Sequence record: OR539219.1
Reading direction: 5' to 3' (one strand)
DNA length: 64,000 nucleotides
From: Escherichia phage vB-Eco-KMB39
In this document: positions 49,319-57,905 of the stretch, piece after piece
Layout: every line of letters begins with the position of its first letter
Numbering within the stretch: the first letter of the stretch is position 1
Made by a program: the position numbers and the translations under genes
The notes under the pieces: model-generated
Told to the model about the DNA's origin: nothing
Database searches by the model: none
What the model saw: only the letters and a program-made list of their open reading frames with translations

Positions 49319-49633
49319 CTAAAAGAAACTTCTTTCACAATTTTTTCCACTGAACCAAGCGCTCACTGCTTTCTTAGTCTCAGGAGCAGTGTTATCCATA
49401 AACCATTCAAAGGCAGCCTTTTTATGATTCTGGAGGGCTTCTCGGGCTTTAATCTGCTCACGGTCTATTAACACTAACATATGAGCCTTTCTTGTCACCA
49501 AGGGCTTCTTATGATTTTTTGAATACTCCCAATCATTTGTCCATCGCATCGTTGTTGCGAACTGAAATACTGCTTCTTTAATTTTAGTTTCGTAAATTTC
49601 ACGAGCCTTTGAGTATAACATTACTACCTCCAT
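49319..49633 (-). CDS. hypothetical protein
   Basis: 104 aa ORF. Confidence 0.4.
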   Translation of the reverse strand: MEVVMLYSKAREIYETKIKEAVFQFATTMRWTNDWEYSKNHKKPLVTRKAHMLVLIDREQIKAREALQNHKKAAFEWFMDNTAPETKKAVSAWFSGKNCERSFF

Positions 49634-49722
49634 TTACCAGTTTAATTCTAGTCATCTTTTTGATGGCAGTCCATATAATCTATTTCTGAACTGCCTTTTT
49701 ATCTTAGAAGGCCTCTTATGAA

Positions 49723-50691
49723 TTATTTCAGAAGAGTAACCTCAGCGATTTCTTCCCAACCGTCTTTATCGGTCATAATAAAGTCAGCAAGATAAAGAGC
49801 AGTACGCAGTGAAACATTGCGTAAACGATTAACATTGACTTTCATCCATGATAATGCTTTATAAGTTTCTTCATCAGAAAGACCACGCTTTTGCATCATG
49901 TCAGTTGAAAGAATAACATCTTCAACCCTGACCATAATTTCTTCATTAGTGTGAACACCCAAATCCAAATAAACTGAGCGGGACACTAATGCTTGTAAAT
50001 GTGGAGCAAGTTTAGTACCACGGTCTAATTCGCGGTCAATATCAACGTTTGTGATAAAAACAATCGTTCCTTTAAATTCAAACTCACGCTCAATGCCTTT
50101 TTCTTCTAAGTAAGAAGATGCGGTGCTCCAGCAGACTTTACGGGTCTCTCCAGTATCCAGAGCGGCTTTTAGAAGATTAAGAATGTCCATATCAGAGAAA
50201 ACATCCACATCATCAATCAAAAGGACAGAATTCTCTTCACGATTATTCCAAAGCTGTTCATAAAGACCGATACCGGAGATTTTACCATTAATGCTTTTAT
50301 ATTCAATGTATCCAATATCATTTGCTTTATTTAAAGCTTTATCTAAAGAATACGTTTTACCAATACCTGCTGCACCAGAGATAATTAATGAACGAATGTT
50401 TCCGTTAATAATACCATTCGTCATCATTCCCATAACATTAAATCTTTTATTAATGCGGGTTTTCATATCTTCATATGATTCTTTAACTTCTTCAACTTTT
50501 ACACCATCATATGAAATGTCTGATTTGTAAACCCAAACACCGCGACGTTTACCGTCAATTTCAACAAAAACTTTACCATCTCCTTGTGCATCTACCGGAG
50601 CATTATCTGGGAACCATTCGCCTAAGAGCTCAAAAGTTCCAGAGATTTCTTTACCGAAGTAGATACCCTTATTGATAGTTACAGTTTTCAT
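49723..50691 (-). CDS. AAA+ ATPase
   Basis: about 322 aa from internal Met MKTVTINKG; Walker A GAAGIGKT, Walker B VLLIDDVD. Confidence 0.55.
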   Translation of the reverse strand: MKTVTINKGIYFGKEISGTFELLGEWFPDNAPVDAQGDGKVFVEIDGKRRGVWVYKSDISYDGVKVEEVKESYEDMKTRINKRFNVMGMMTNGIINGNIRSLIISGAAGIGKTYSLDKALNKANDIGYIEYKSINGKISGIGLYEQLWNNREENSVLLIDDVDVFSDMDILNLLKAALDTGETRKVCWSTASSYLEEKGIEREFEFKGTIVFITNVDIDRELDRGTKLAPHLQALVSRSVYLDLGVHTNEEIMVRVEDVILSTDMMQKRGLSDEETYKALSWMKVNVNRLRNVSLRTALYLADFIMTDKDGWEEIAEVTLLK

Positions 50692-50695
50692 TTTA

Positions 50696-50765
50696 TTCTC
50701 CAAATCCGTATCAGTTGATAGTTGTATAGTACCATAAAGCTTTATGCTTGTAAACCGTTTTGTGA
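50696..50765 (-). promoter_or_regulatory. promoter-leader cassette copy R4 upstream of AAA+ ATPase
   Basis: minus strand GTTTACA - 17 - tggTACTATacaactatcaactgatacggatttggagaataaaATG. Confidence 0.55.
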
Positions 50766-50776
50766 AAAATTTTTGA

Positions 50777-50802
50777 AATAAAAAGGGAGCCCGAAGGCTC
50801 CC
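50777..50802 (-). terminator. intrinsic terminator after nucleotidyltransferase gene
   Basis: minus strand GGGAGCC-UUCG-GGCUCCC followed by UUUUUAUUU; directly upstream of cassette R4. Confidence 0.7.
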
Positions 50803-50804
50803 TA

Positions 50805-51818
50805 TCATTTATAATAACTTCGGTGGTTTTCAAGATAGACCTTCTCAAGGAAGTCATCCCAGAAACCCATGTCTACTTTTTGCTGCATACCGTTCTTAGA
50901 AGCTTCAGTAGATGCTGCTTCTACTTGATCGACCACATCTTCCAAAAACTCTTGAACTGTTTTAAATGGATGTTTACCCAACTTCACGTCGAGAATAAAT
51001 GGAGCGTCTTGAAGTGGATAAACTAAGTCACCAGTTTTGTAAATTTCCAATAGTTGAAGTCCACCACGACAGGCATGGCTCAGAGCTTTCCAGTCAATGC
51101 CTTCATTGGCTTCGGCCTTACGAGCACGTTCACCATATTCAGCATCTAATTTGTTCAGTGACTGCTTAAGCTCAATAAGAGAAAGCGTTGTCTGATATTT
51201 ACGACCCAATACAGTGTAGAACGTTTGTGGACCTGTTTTCTCATGATTATGGAATACCCATTCACAGAACTCGTTTTCTGGAAGACGATGCTTAATATCT
51301 TCAATTTTAGTGCGACGTTGTCCTTGTGTTCCATCTTCTCGGTAGACATTCCGTTGATCAGGAATTTGATTAACTACTTTCAATACATCACGTAATGCAG
51401 CCAAACGAGAACCCTTGACACCGTATTTAGAAGCTTGCTTGCGGACATATCCTAAATAGGATTTCATGTTAGTCGTATAAAAACGAGAACGGTTGTCTTG
51501 AATAAACTTCCACACATCAGGCAAATCAGATTTAACCACTAATTCAGGTGGAGTGTGAAGCATATCCAATGCTACAGTTTCACCATCTGCTGCTAATTTA
51601 AAGAAATATTTAAGACTGTATAGTTCATGGTCAATATCATCTTTAGTGTTTTTAGATGATGTGTTGTTAGTGTTTTTACTCATGTGCTCTTTGACATTTC
51701 CGATAAGAATATCGCGAGCAGGAGGAACAAAGATTTCTTTAAAATCTACATCAGATTCTGGGGTAGAAGTTCCATAAAGATGACTACCAAAATAGCTTTT
51801 CATTACTGTTTTCATCAT
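50805..51818 (-). CDS. Pol-beta-superfamily nucleotidyltransferase-like protein
   Basis: 337 aa; N-terminal motif GSHLYGTSTPESDVDF (GS...SDxD). Confidence 0.5.
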   Translation of the reverse strand: MMKTVMKSYFGSHLYGTSTPESDVDFKEIFVPPARDILIGNVKEHMSKNTNNTSSKNTKDDIDHELYSLKYFFKLAADGETVALDMLHTPPELVVKSDLPDVWKFIQDNRSRFYTTNMKSYLGYVRKQASKYGVKGSRLAALRDVLKVVNQIPDQRNVYREDGTQGQRRTKIEDIKHRLPENEFCEWVFHNHEKTGPQTFYTVLGRKYQTTLSLIELKQSLNKLDAEYGERARKAEANEGIDWKALSHACRGGLQLLEIYKTGDLVYPLQDAPFILDVKLGKHPFKTVQEFLEDVVDQVEAASTEASKNGMQQKVDMGFWDDFLEKVYLENHRSYYK

Positions 51819-52276
51819 TCAGCCTTATATTCAATAACAGGACATACTTTAGCTTTACGAGCTTTTAAAAATTCGACGATAATCGATTTCTTGGGTTGAA
51901 TAGGAGGTAAACCTTTATACGCTCTATCAATATTTTCTACGTGTAAAGCATAATCCTTTTTCCATTTATAATCTTTATATTTTTCACGCAAATGTGCAGG
52001 AATAACAAATGAACCGATAATAAGTAAAACAACCAAAAGCGCAAGTATAAATGCTGATGGAAGCAAAGTCCATAAACTGCCAAAAATAAACCAACGCTGT
52101 AGGCTTTCTGCACAAATAATTGTTAGCCCTACGAGTATAGCACATCCAAAAATAGAAACGAAAAATGTAGGAATGACAATAGACCAAAAATATGCGCATA
52201 ATGTCTTAGGTCGTTGCCATTCATCGTTAAACAATTTGAATAATTTATAGTGCCAAGAGTTTTCATTAATAATCAT
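51815..52276 (-). CDS. membrane protein
   Basis: 153 aa; 2-3 TM helices; stop overlaps start of nucleotidyltransferase gene. Confidence 0.45.
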   Translation of the reverse strand: MIINENSWHYKLFKLFNDEWQRPKTLCAYFWSIVIPTFFVSIFGCAILVGLTIICAESLQRWFIFGSLWTLLPSAFILALLVVLLIIGSFVIPAHLREKYKDYKWKKDYALHVENIDRAYKGLPPIQPKKSIIVEFLKARKAKVCPVIEYKAE

Positions 52277-52278
52277 AA

Positions 52279-52800
52279 TTATCCTTTCATTGAAGGCGTA
52301 ACGGTTGTTAAATACTTAATCATAGCTTCAGCTTCTGATTTTGATAATGAAATTTCTCCATTGTTTTGACGAATAGAAATAAAATCCGGATGACGGTCAC
52401 CACCAGCTTTTAAAACACACATATAAGTATCAACTTCGCCTTCAATATTTGAAATGATTGAAGCAGTTCCGCATGAATGCGGTTTTTGATAAATCAATAC
52501 AGCTTTTCTTCCACCATTTGACTGTTCATAGGCTTTTAATACATCAAACAAATCAGTTCTTTTATCAATAGCTAAAATGTTATTTTCATCTTCAATGTTA
52601 AATCCTTCGGATACTTCATAAAGTGTTACCCATAAATCACCGATGTCAATAACAGCATTTACGTTTCCACGGCTTTCAAGAGTATGACAAATTTTCTTGA
52701 TTTCATCATAACTCATTTTAATAATATCATCTCCTTGACTAAGAAAGATGTCATTTTTAAATTCAACGCGAATTAAACCACTTCCACTTGAAATAAACAT
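52279..52800 (-). CDS. hypothetical protein (paralogue of 52807-53361)
   Basis: 173 aa; C-terminus SKSEAEAMIKYLTTVTPSM resembles neighbour. Confidence 0.4.
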   Translation of the reverse strand: MFISSGSGLIRVEFKNDIFLSQGDDIIKMSYDEIKKICHTLESRGNVNAVIDIGDLWVTLYEVSEGFNIEDENNILAIDKRTDLFDVLKAYEQSNGGRKAVLIYQKPHSCGTASIISNIEGEVDTYMCVLKAGGDRHPDFISIRQNNGEISLSKSEAEAMIKYLTTVTPSMKG

Positions 52801-52806
52801 ATTTCC

Positions 52807-53361
52807 TCACTTTGAAATCATAGTTGGAATAACAGAATCAAGATAAGTCTTTAGTGCAATAGCTTCGTCTTTGTTTAATGTAATGATATGTGATCGAAAA
52901 TCGTCAATTTGACGAATAGATACTACATCTCCCTCTTCATAGCATTTTGAAACATTTAAAATAGTTTCATCATTCTGATTACAGGAGTTAGTAATAATAG
53001 CATTACATTTTTTAAACCATTTTAAATTATGTTTTCTTTTAGTAGAATCATAAAAATATTTAATGTTAGTTATAAAATTATCCCAATTATTAATTGATAA
53101 GCACATTGACTCGCTTTTAATATTAAATCCTGGGCATGAAGAATAAAAATGAATTTTATGCTCATCATTAATGCTTACAATTTTATCAGTGTAAGCATAT
53201 TCAATTTGGGTTAAACGAACAATTTCACTAGACGTAAAATATAACATATCATCTTCTTGCGTCAAACGATACATGTTATTTACTTTTTCTATAGCCAATT
53301 CACCAAAAAGCACACTATCTTCTAATACTAATCGTTTCATATTAATCCTTTTTATTGGCAT
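52807..53361 (-). CDS. hypothetical protein (paralogue of 52279-52800)
   Basis: 184 aa; C-terminus NKDEAIALKTYLDSVIPTM. Confidence 0.4.
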   Translation of the reverse strand: MPIKRINMKRLVLEDSVLFGELAIEKVNNMYRLTQEDDMLYFTSSEIVRLTQIEYAYTDKIVSINDEHKIHFYSSCPGFNIKSESMCLSINNWDNFITNIKYFYDSTKRKHNLKWFKKCNAIITNSCNQNDETILNVSKCYEEGDVVSIRQIDDFRSHIITLNKDEAIALKTYLDSVIPTMISK

Positions 53362-53620
53362 GAATTTGTTCTAAAATTTTAGAGTATTCCTTTGTATCAG
53401 ATTTACGTACAATCGATACACTATACGGCATACTATCGGTGTCTTTTATAAAGCGTTCCAAATGACATTCTAATAAAATTTCTGGATTATAAATCGTGTA
53501 CATCAAATTACCTGTTGCTCCACGATATTGACAGATTTCTACTGATTGAACACCATTCCATAATTTTGTTAAGACCAAATCACCTACTTCTAATTTAGGA
53601 AAGCCCATGTTATTCACCAA
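53342..53620 (-). CDS. hypothetical protein
   Basis: 92 aa ORF. Confidence 0.4.
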   Translation of the reverse strand: MVNNMGFPKLEVGDLVLTKLWNGVQSVEICQYRGATGNLMYTIYNPEILLECHLERFIKDTDSMPYSVSIVRKSDTKEYSKILEQIHANKKD

Positions 53621-53795
53621 TTAAAGTTTCAATATAAGAATCAAGATTTACTTTAGCTTCTTCCATAAGAGTTTTGTATTTAATCTTGTTGGCATGTCCG
53701 GAGAAAGCTGATTCATCAATAATTGTTGATGTATGAACAGCTTTACTATACGTCTCAATTAATTCTCTTAATTTAAAAGCCTGCTCACTTGTCAT
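53610..53795 (-). CDS. hypothetical protein
   Basis: 61 aa ORF. Confidence 0.35.
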   Translation of the reverse strand: MTSEQAFKLRELIETYSKAVHTSTIIDESAFSGHANKIKYKTLMEEAKVNLDSYIETLIGE

Positions 53796-53927
53796 TACAT
53801 ACTCCTTTGAATAATATCAATAATGTTGTTCACCAAATTATAAGTAAACATTGGGTAATTATATTGAATCATCACATACACAACAAACAAAACTTTCATT
53901 CTCTTCTCCTTGACAGTTGACAAGATT

Positions 53928-53957
53928 ACTATACCATAATCTTGCCAACTTGTAAAC
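53928..53957 (-). promoter_or_regulatory. early promoter
   Basis: minus strand GTTTACA - 17 - tggTATAGT. Confidence 0.5.
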
Positions 53958-54122
53958 CATTAAATGACGTTTTCGATAAAATTCTGAAGCTTTGTATGAG
54001 CATCAACCATGATTTTCAATTCTTCTTTAGCGAAAGCTGTGCCTCTTTCACGAGAAGAGCATTCATAGTCAGAAACTGCATTAGCATATTCTTCAATTAG
54101 TTTCATTAAAAACATCTGCTTT

Positions 54123-54317
54123 TCAGTTTTCATTATTCCACCTAATCATTTCAAGATATTGAACTAACTTAGCTTTAGATTTATCCAAATCCTTTTTAGC
54201 TGTTTCTATACCGTCGTATGAATATCCTTCACAATGCTCAACTGCTAATTGATATGAATCTATTTCAATATCACGTGCTAATTTAATGATTTTTTCAAAC
54301 TGTTCATGTGTTAGCAT
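54123..54317 (-). CDS. hypothetical protein
   Basis: 64 aa ORF. Confidence 0.35.
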   Translation of the reverse strand: MLTHEQFEKIIKLARDIEIDSYQLAVEHCEGYSYDGIETAKKDLDKSKAKLVQYLEMIRWNNEN

Positions 54318-54319
54318 AC

Positions 54320-54559
54320 TTAAACTCTCGTATTATGATCGATAATTTCATCAAGAAACATATCTAACGCTTCTAAAGCATTATCAACTTTAGTTTCAAA
54401 GTCTTTAATGCCTTTATTCGAAATACCCGATGAATACCAAGCAAAGTCAATCAGCTCTTCATCTGCTTTACGAATTGAAGCCACTAATTCCTTGATTTTA
54501 TCTGCTTGCTCTATACTAATCATTATTCCACCACATATGAAAGAGAGAATATTGCACAC
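54320..54559 (-). CDS. hypothetical protein
   Basis: 79 aa ORF. Confidence 0.35.
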   Translation of the reverse strand: MCNILSFICGGIMISIEQADKIKELVASIRKADEELIDFAWYSSGISNKGIKDFETKVDNALEALDMFLDEIIDHNTRV

Positions 54560-54711
54560 GCCATGTGAGTTGCAACTTCATCACACATATTATAACGTTT
54601 CTTAAGAAATTCTACAAGTTCTTCACTAGTAACTTCATCCATGTCGACGAAAAAATCACCGTTAATGATGACGTAGATATTTCCTTCTTGATTGAGTGCT
54701 TCAATTTTCAT
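54523..54711 (-). CDS. hypothetical protein
   Basis: 62 aa from internal Met MKIEALN, downstream of promoter-leader cassette R5. Confidence 0.35.
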   Translation of the reverse strand: MKIEALNQEGNIYVIINGDFFVDMDEVTSEELVEFLKKRYNMCDEVATHMACAIFSLSYVVE

Positions 54712-54714
54712 GAT

Positions 54715-54775
54715 GTTCTCCTCTTTATCTGATAGTTGTATAGTACCACAGCTCAAACGGAAAGTAAACCGGTAA
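54715..54775 (-). promoter_or_regulatory. promoter-leader cassette copy R5
   Basis: minus strand GTTTACT - 17 - tggTACTATacaactatcagataaagaggagaacatcATG. Confidence 0.5.
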
Positions 54776-54776
54776 A

Positions 54777-54802
54777 ATGAAAAAAGTCTCCCGAAGGAGA
54801 CC
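54777..54802 (-). terminator. intrinsic terminator after rI.-1-position gene
   Basis: minus strand GGUCUCC-UUCG-GGAGACU followed by U7; directly upstream of cassette R5. Confidence 0.7.
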
Positions 54803-54807
54803 TAATG

Positions 54808-55194
54808 TTATTCGAGGGAAAGAAGATACTTACTTTGGTAAAACATTCCAGTAATATCATCTATCGTGCTTTGGATGGCTGGAGGCATTTCTTTATAAAT
54901 GCTGTTAGATTGGTCTAGTATACGATCAATCATTTTAATTGTGTCGGTAGGAAGTTTACTGGCATCTGGAATAGAAGGCGTGTATTTTCTACCAGAATAC
55001 CCCAAATATTGCTCACCAAATTTATCAATCAAATCTGGCAATTCGGAGAAAATAAAATCGTATGCTTTGTGTCTAGCATAACTTTTAGTTTCAAAATGCG
55101 CAGAATGAAAATAAGCTTGTGCAGCCATTAATAAACCTAAGTATTCATCTGCCTTTGAAGGTTTTCCACTTTGTGAAAAGTCGCTGAATTTCAT
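54808..55194 (-). CDS. hypothetical protein (rI.-1 position)
   Basis: 128 aa; terminator hairpin after stop. Confidence 0.4.
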   Translation of the reverse strand: MKFSDFSQSGKPSKADEYLGLLMAAQAYFHSAHFETKSYARHKAYDFIFSELPDLIDKFGEQYLGYSGRKYTPSIPDASKLPTDTIKMIDRILDQSNSIYKEMPPAIQSTIDDITGMFYQSKYLLSLE

Positions 55195-55484
55195 TCAGTC
55201 TCCAATTTAATGTTCATAATTCTAGCGTATGATTGTGCCATCTCCGCGCCTCGTTCTATACATTCAAAATCAGAAGAGCACGGGTCATTTTTATAGGTCG
55301 TTCTCATAAAACTATAGAACTGTTCAGATGATTCTACGCTTTTATTTTCAAAAAGCATATAAACATGTCTAATACCAGATTCCATAAATTTATCAAAATG
55401 AGGATCGACATTCGCTTCAATCGATGGTGATAAAGCAAATGACAATCCTAGCATGGCAAATAGTGCCGTTGCTTTTAAGGCCAT
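55191..55484 (-). CDS. rI: lysis inhibition regulator rI (periplasmic)
   Basis: 97 aa equals T4 RI; N-terminal signal-anchor; adjacent to tk. Confidence 0.65.
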   Translation of the reverse strand: MALKATALFAMLGLSFALSPSIEANVDPHFDKFMESGIRHVYMLFENKSVESSEQFYSFMRTTYKNDPCSSDFECIERGAEMAQSYARIMNIKLETE

Positions 55485-55496
55485 AAAGGCCTCCTA

Positions 55497-55709
55497 TCAT
55501 TTTTGTCCTGTATTTACTTTATGCCGATGCACGGCCTTAACTTTATCAAGGTATTTTTCAAAATTTCGCAATCTAGTATAGTCTGCCGGAGATTGGTTGA
55601 GTGATACTTCTCGACGCAAAGCTGAAATGATATTTCCAACTTCCCTACGAATTTCATCTAATTGAAGCACAGTAAGATTGCGAAGTTGCTTTTCAGTTAA
55701 TTGTAGCAT
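55497..55709 (-). CDS. hypothetical protein (rI.1 position)
   Basis: 70 aa ORF. Confidence 0.35.
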
Positions 55710-55751
55710 ATATACCCCTTTAGTTAGATAAACCTATTTATAACTTTTGCA

Positions 55752-56333
55752 CTAACCGAGCTTTTTAGTTAATTCGTTCCAGTGTTTTCTACACAAAGAA
55801 ACATAAATTTCATCACCAATACAGATTTGATTACCTTCTTTAACTGGTGTTCCATCTTCCATTAATCGAGCTGTCATAATCGCTTTTTTGCCGCAATGAC
55901 AAACTGCCTTTAGTTCAATAAGTTTATCTGCAATCGCCAAAAGTTCTTTAGAACCTTCAAACAATTTTCCAGCGAAATCAGTCCTTAATCCATAAGCCAT
56001 AACAGGAACATTATATGTATCAACAATTCGGCTTAATTGGTGCACCTGTTCAGTTTTTAAAAACTGAGCTTCATCTACAAATACGCAATGAATATCTTTT
56101 TGTGCTTCAGCCCATTTATAGAACTCGAAAATATCCATATCATCTGTAATAATATTCGCTTCCTGCTTAATTCCAATGCGAGAAACAACTTCACAGACAG
56201 AATCGCGAGTATCAATAGCAGGCTTAAGAACTAATACACCCATTCCACGTTCTTTATAATTATGTGCAGCAGTCAAAAGAGAAGCAGATTTTCCAGCATT
56301 CATTGCTGCATAAGTAAAAATTAAACTCGCCAT
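55752..56333 (-). CDS. tk: thymidine kinase
   Basis: 193 aa equals T4 Tk; P-loop MNAGKSASL; zinc ligands CHCGK. Confidence 0.9.
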   Translation of the reverse strand: MASLIFTYAAMNAGKSASLLTAAHNYKERGMGVLVLKPAIDTRDSVCEVVSRIGIKQEANIITDDMDIFEFYKWAEAQKDIHCVFVDEAQFLKTEQVHQLSRIVDTYNVPVMAYGLRTDFAGKLFEGSKELLAIADKLIELKAVCHCGKKAIMTARLMEDGTPVKEGNQICIGDEIYVSLCRKHWNELTKKLG

Positions 56334-56342
56334 ATCACCTTC

Positions 56343-56528
56343 TTAAAGCGTATTCACATAAGCTATTAATTCATTTTCTTTCTTATCAAACCGATCAGCA
56401 AATTCTTCCTGCTGTTCGGGAGATAGCGGGCCGTATTCATCATAAAAGGTGTTTGCTTCTGTATGCTCATCTAGAAGTTCATGGATAAGCTCAAACAATT
56501 TATCTTTTTGTTCTTTACTCAGACTCAT
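56343..56528 (-). CDS. hypothetical protein
   Basis: 61 aa acidic ORF. Confidence 0.35.
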   Translation of the reverse strand: MSLSKEQKDKLFELIHELLDEHTEANTFYDEYGPLSPEQQEEFADRFDKKENELIAYVNTL

Positions 56529-56694
56529 ATATTAATTTCCAGGAGTTTTAAAATAATTCGCTTTTGCTTAAATATTTCCATAGTTAAATGATCAGTATCT
56601 TTTTGACCAATTCCAATGGCAAAACCTTTATTAGCAGCGAGTTCAATTAAATTATCAAGCTCACGTAACACTTCGTATTGTAACTCAAAACTAT

Positions 56695-56922
56695 TCATTT
56701 TGGTTTACCTTCTTTAACGAAATCTGGATAAGGATAAAATCCCGAATAAAATCCTTCACCTTTATGATTGATACATCCTTTATTAGAACAATAGCACCAA
56801 TAATCGAAATCACAAGTCATTTCATCGTTGCATAAAGCAAAAACAACCGGCCACTTACACTTTTCACAGTGGGCATTTTTAAGAATACTAGTTTGGCTCA
56901 TAACCATGTAACCTTTAAGCAA
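56695..56922 (-). CDS. hypothetical Cys-rich protein
   Basis: 75 aa; multiple Cys pairs. Confidence 0.35.
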   Translation of the reverse strand: MLKGYMVMSQTSILKNAHCEKCKWPVVFALCNDEMTCDFDYWCYCSNKGCINHKGEGFYSGFYPYPDFVKEGKPK

Positions 56923-57110
56923 TATTCTTCTACATGTTGTTTACGACCTTTCTTATCAATAAAGGTATATTCAACGAATGTTCCAATGTAGTCTTTATCT
57001 ACATCATGTGGACTATTAATTGGGCATTTAGTACGGCAAATGCGTTCCCATTGACGAATAATTACTGCTTTGTTTTTAGGATCAAACGGATGCGGGTAAT
57101 GCACTTTCAT
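56898..57110 (-). CDS. hypothetical protein
   Basis: 70 aa ORF. Confidence 0.35.
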   Translation of the reverse strand: MKVHYPHPFDPKNKAVIIRQWERICRTKCPINSPHDVDKDYIGTFVEYTFIDKKGRKQHVEEYCLKVTWL

Positions 57111-57561
57111 AATCCACCACTATTAAATCAATATCAGGAGTAAACATGTCGATTAATTTAGAAACCTTATCCCAATCGCCGCCAGCAATACCACAACCTA
57201 TGCGTGGAATGTAAATTACCGGTTTAAACAAAAGGGTTTCTGCCTGTAGATTTAATTCTATCATGCAGTTTACTAAAGCACCATAATCAAGATTAGGACC
57301 TGGTTCGTATTGCGTATACAGGTTATAGCATATACCAAATCCCGTAGGACTATGTTTAAAAACAATAGACATATCGCCTAATTTATCACGAGAACCGTAC
57401 TCAGTAGTGGTTTTATCTATTTCTAAAATTTTGGGATAGGCTCTTGCTAATTGACCCGCTACGCCTGAACCCATAGTATGAAAACAATTGCACCCGTGCG
57501 CAATAATATTACCTTGAAGAAATAGGGCGACAATATCGCCCTTGATATATTTTACAATCAT
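57082..57561 (-). CDS. macrodomain protein (ADP-ribose binding/processing fold)
   Basis: 159 aa; glycine-rich motif HGCNCFHTMGSGVAGQLARAYP typical of macro domains. Confidence 0.5.
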   Translation of the reverse strand: MIVKYIKGDIVALFLQGNIIAHGCNCFHTMGSGVAGQLARAYPKILEIDKTTTEYGSRDKLGDMSIVFKHSPTGFGICYNLYTQYEPGPNLDYGALVNCMIELNLQAETLLFKPVIYIPRIGCGIAGGDWDKVSKLIDMFTPDIDLIVVDYESALPASV

Positions 57562-57905
57562 CTAGTACTCAATCCTCGATTATAAGAATCTACTAAACGG
57601 TCAACCATTGAATGACAAGCGGCTTTATCTTTTTCCTCCGCAACTGAACATTCTAGGGTATTCCACTTTTTAGCATATCGTTTTAATAATGTATCGTTTT
57701 TGTATCTGCTTGATTTATCTCTTTCTCCGTCTTTATATGCATATATTAATTTCTGCGCAAATTCAGCTTGGCATGCTTTATTTTTCCCACAATAATCTGC
57801 CGCAGTGCGGTTCACATACTCCCTAATTTCAGTATATGATGTATCTGCTGACGCATAAGCAGAAAATGAAATTAATCCTATACATAAAACCAAAATTTTA
57901 GTCAT
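57558..57905 (-). CDS. vs: Vs protein (valyl-tRNA synthetase modifier)
   Basis: 115 aa equals T4 Vs; N-terminal signal peptide. Confidence 0.5.
   Translation of the reverse strand: MTKILVLCIGLISFSAYASADTSYTEIREYVNRTAADYCGKNKACQAEFAQKLIYAYKDGERDKSSRYKNDTLLKRYAKKWNTLECSVAEEKDKAACHSMVDRLVDSYNRGLSTR

Noticed and set aside
49259-54775. Possible CRISPR array, from the repeated element
   Set aside because: The copies are kilobases apart, carry promoter hexamers and a ribosome-binding site, and each precedes a gene; there are no short regular spacers.
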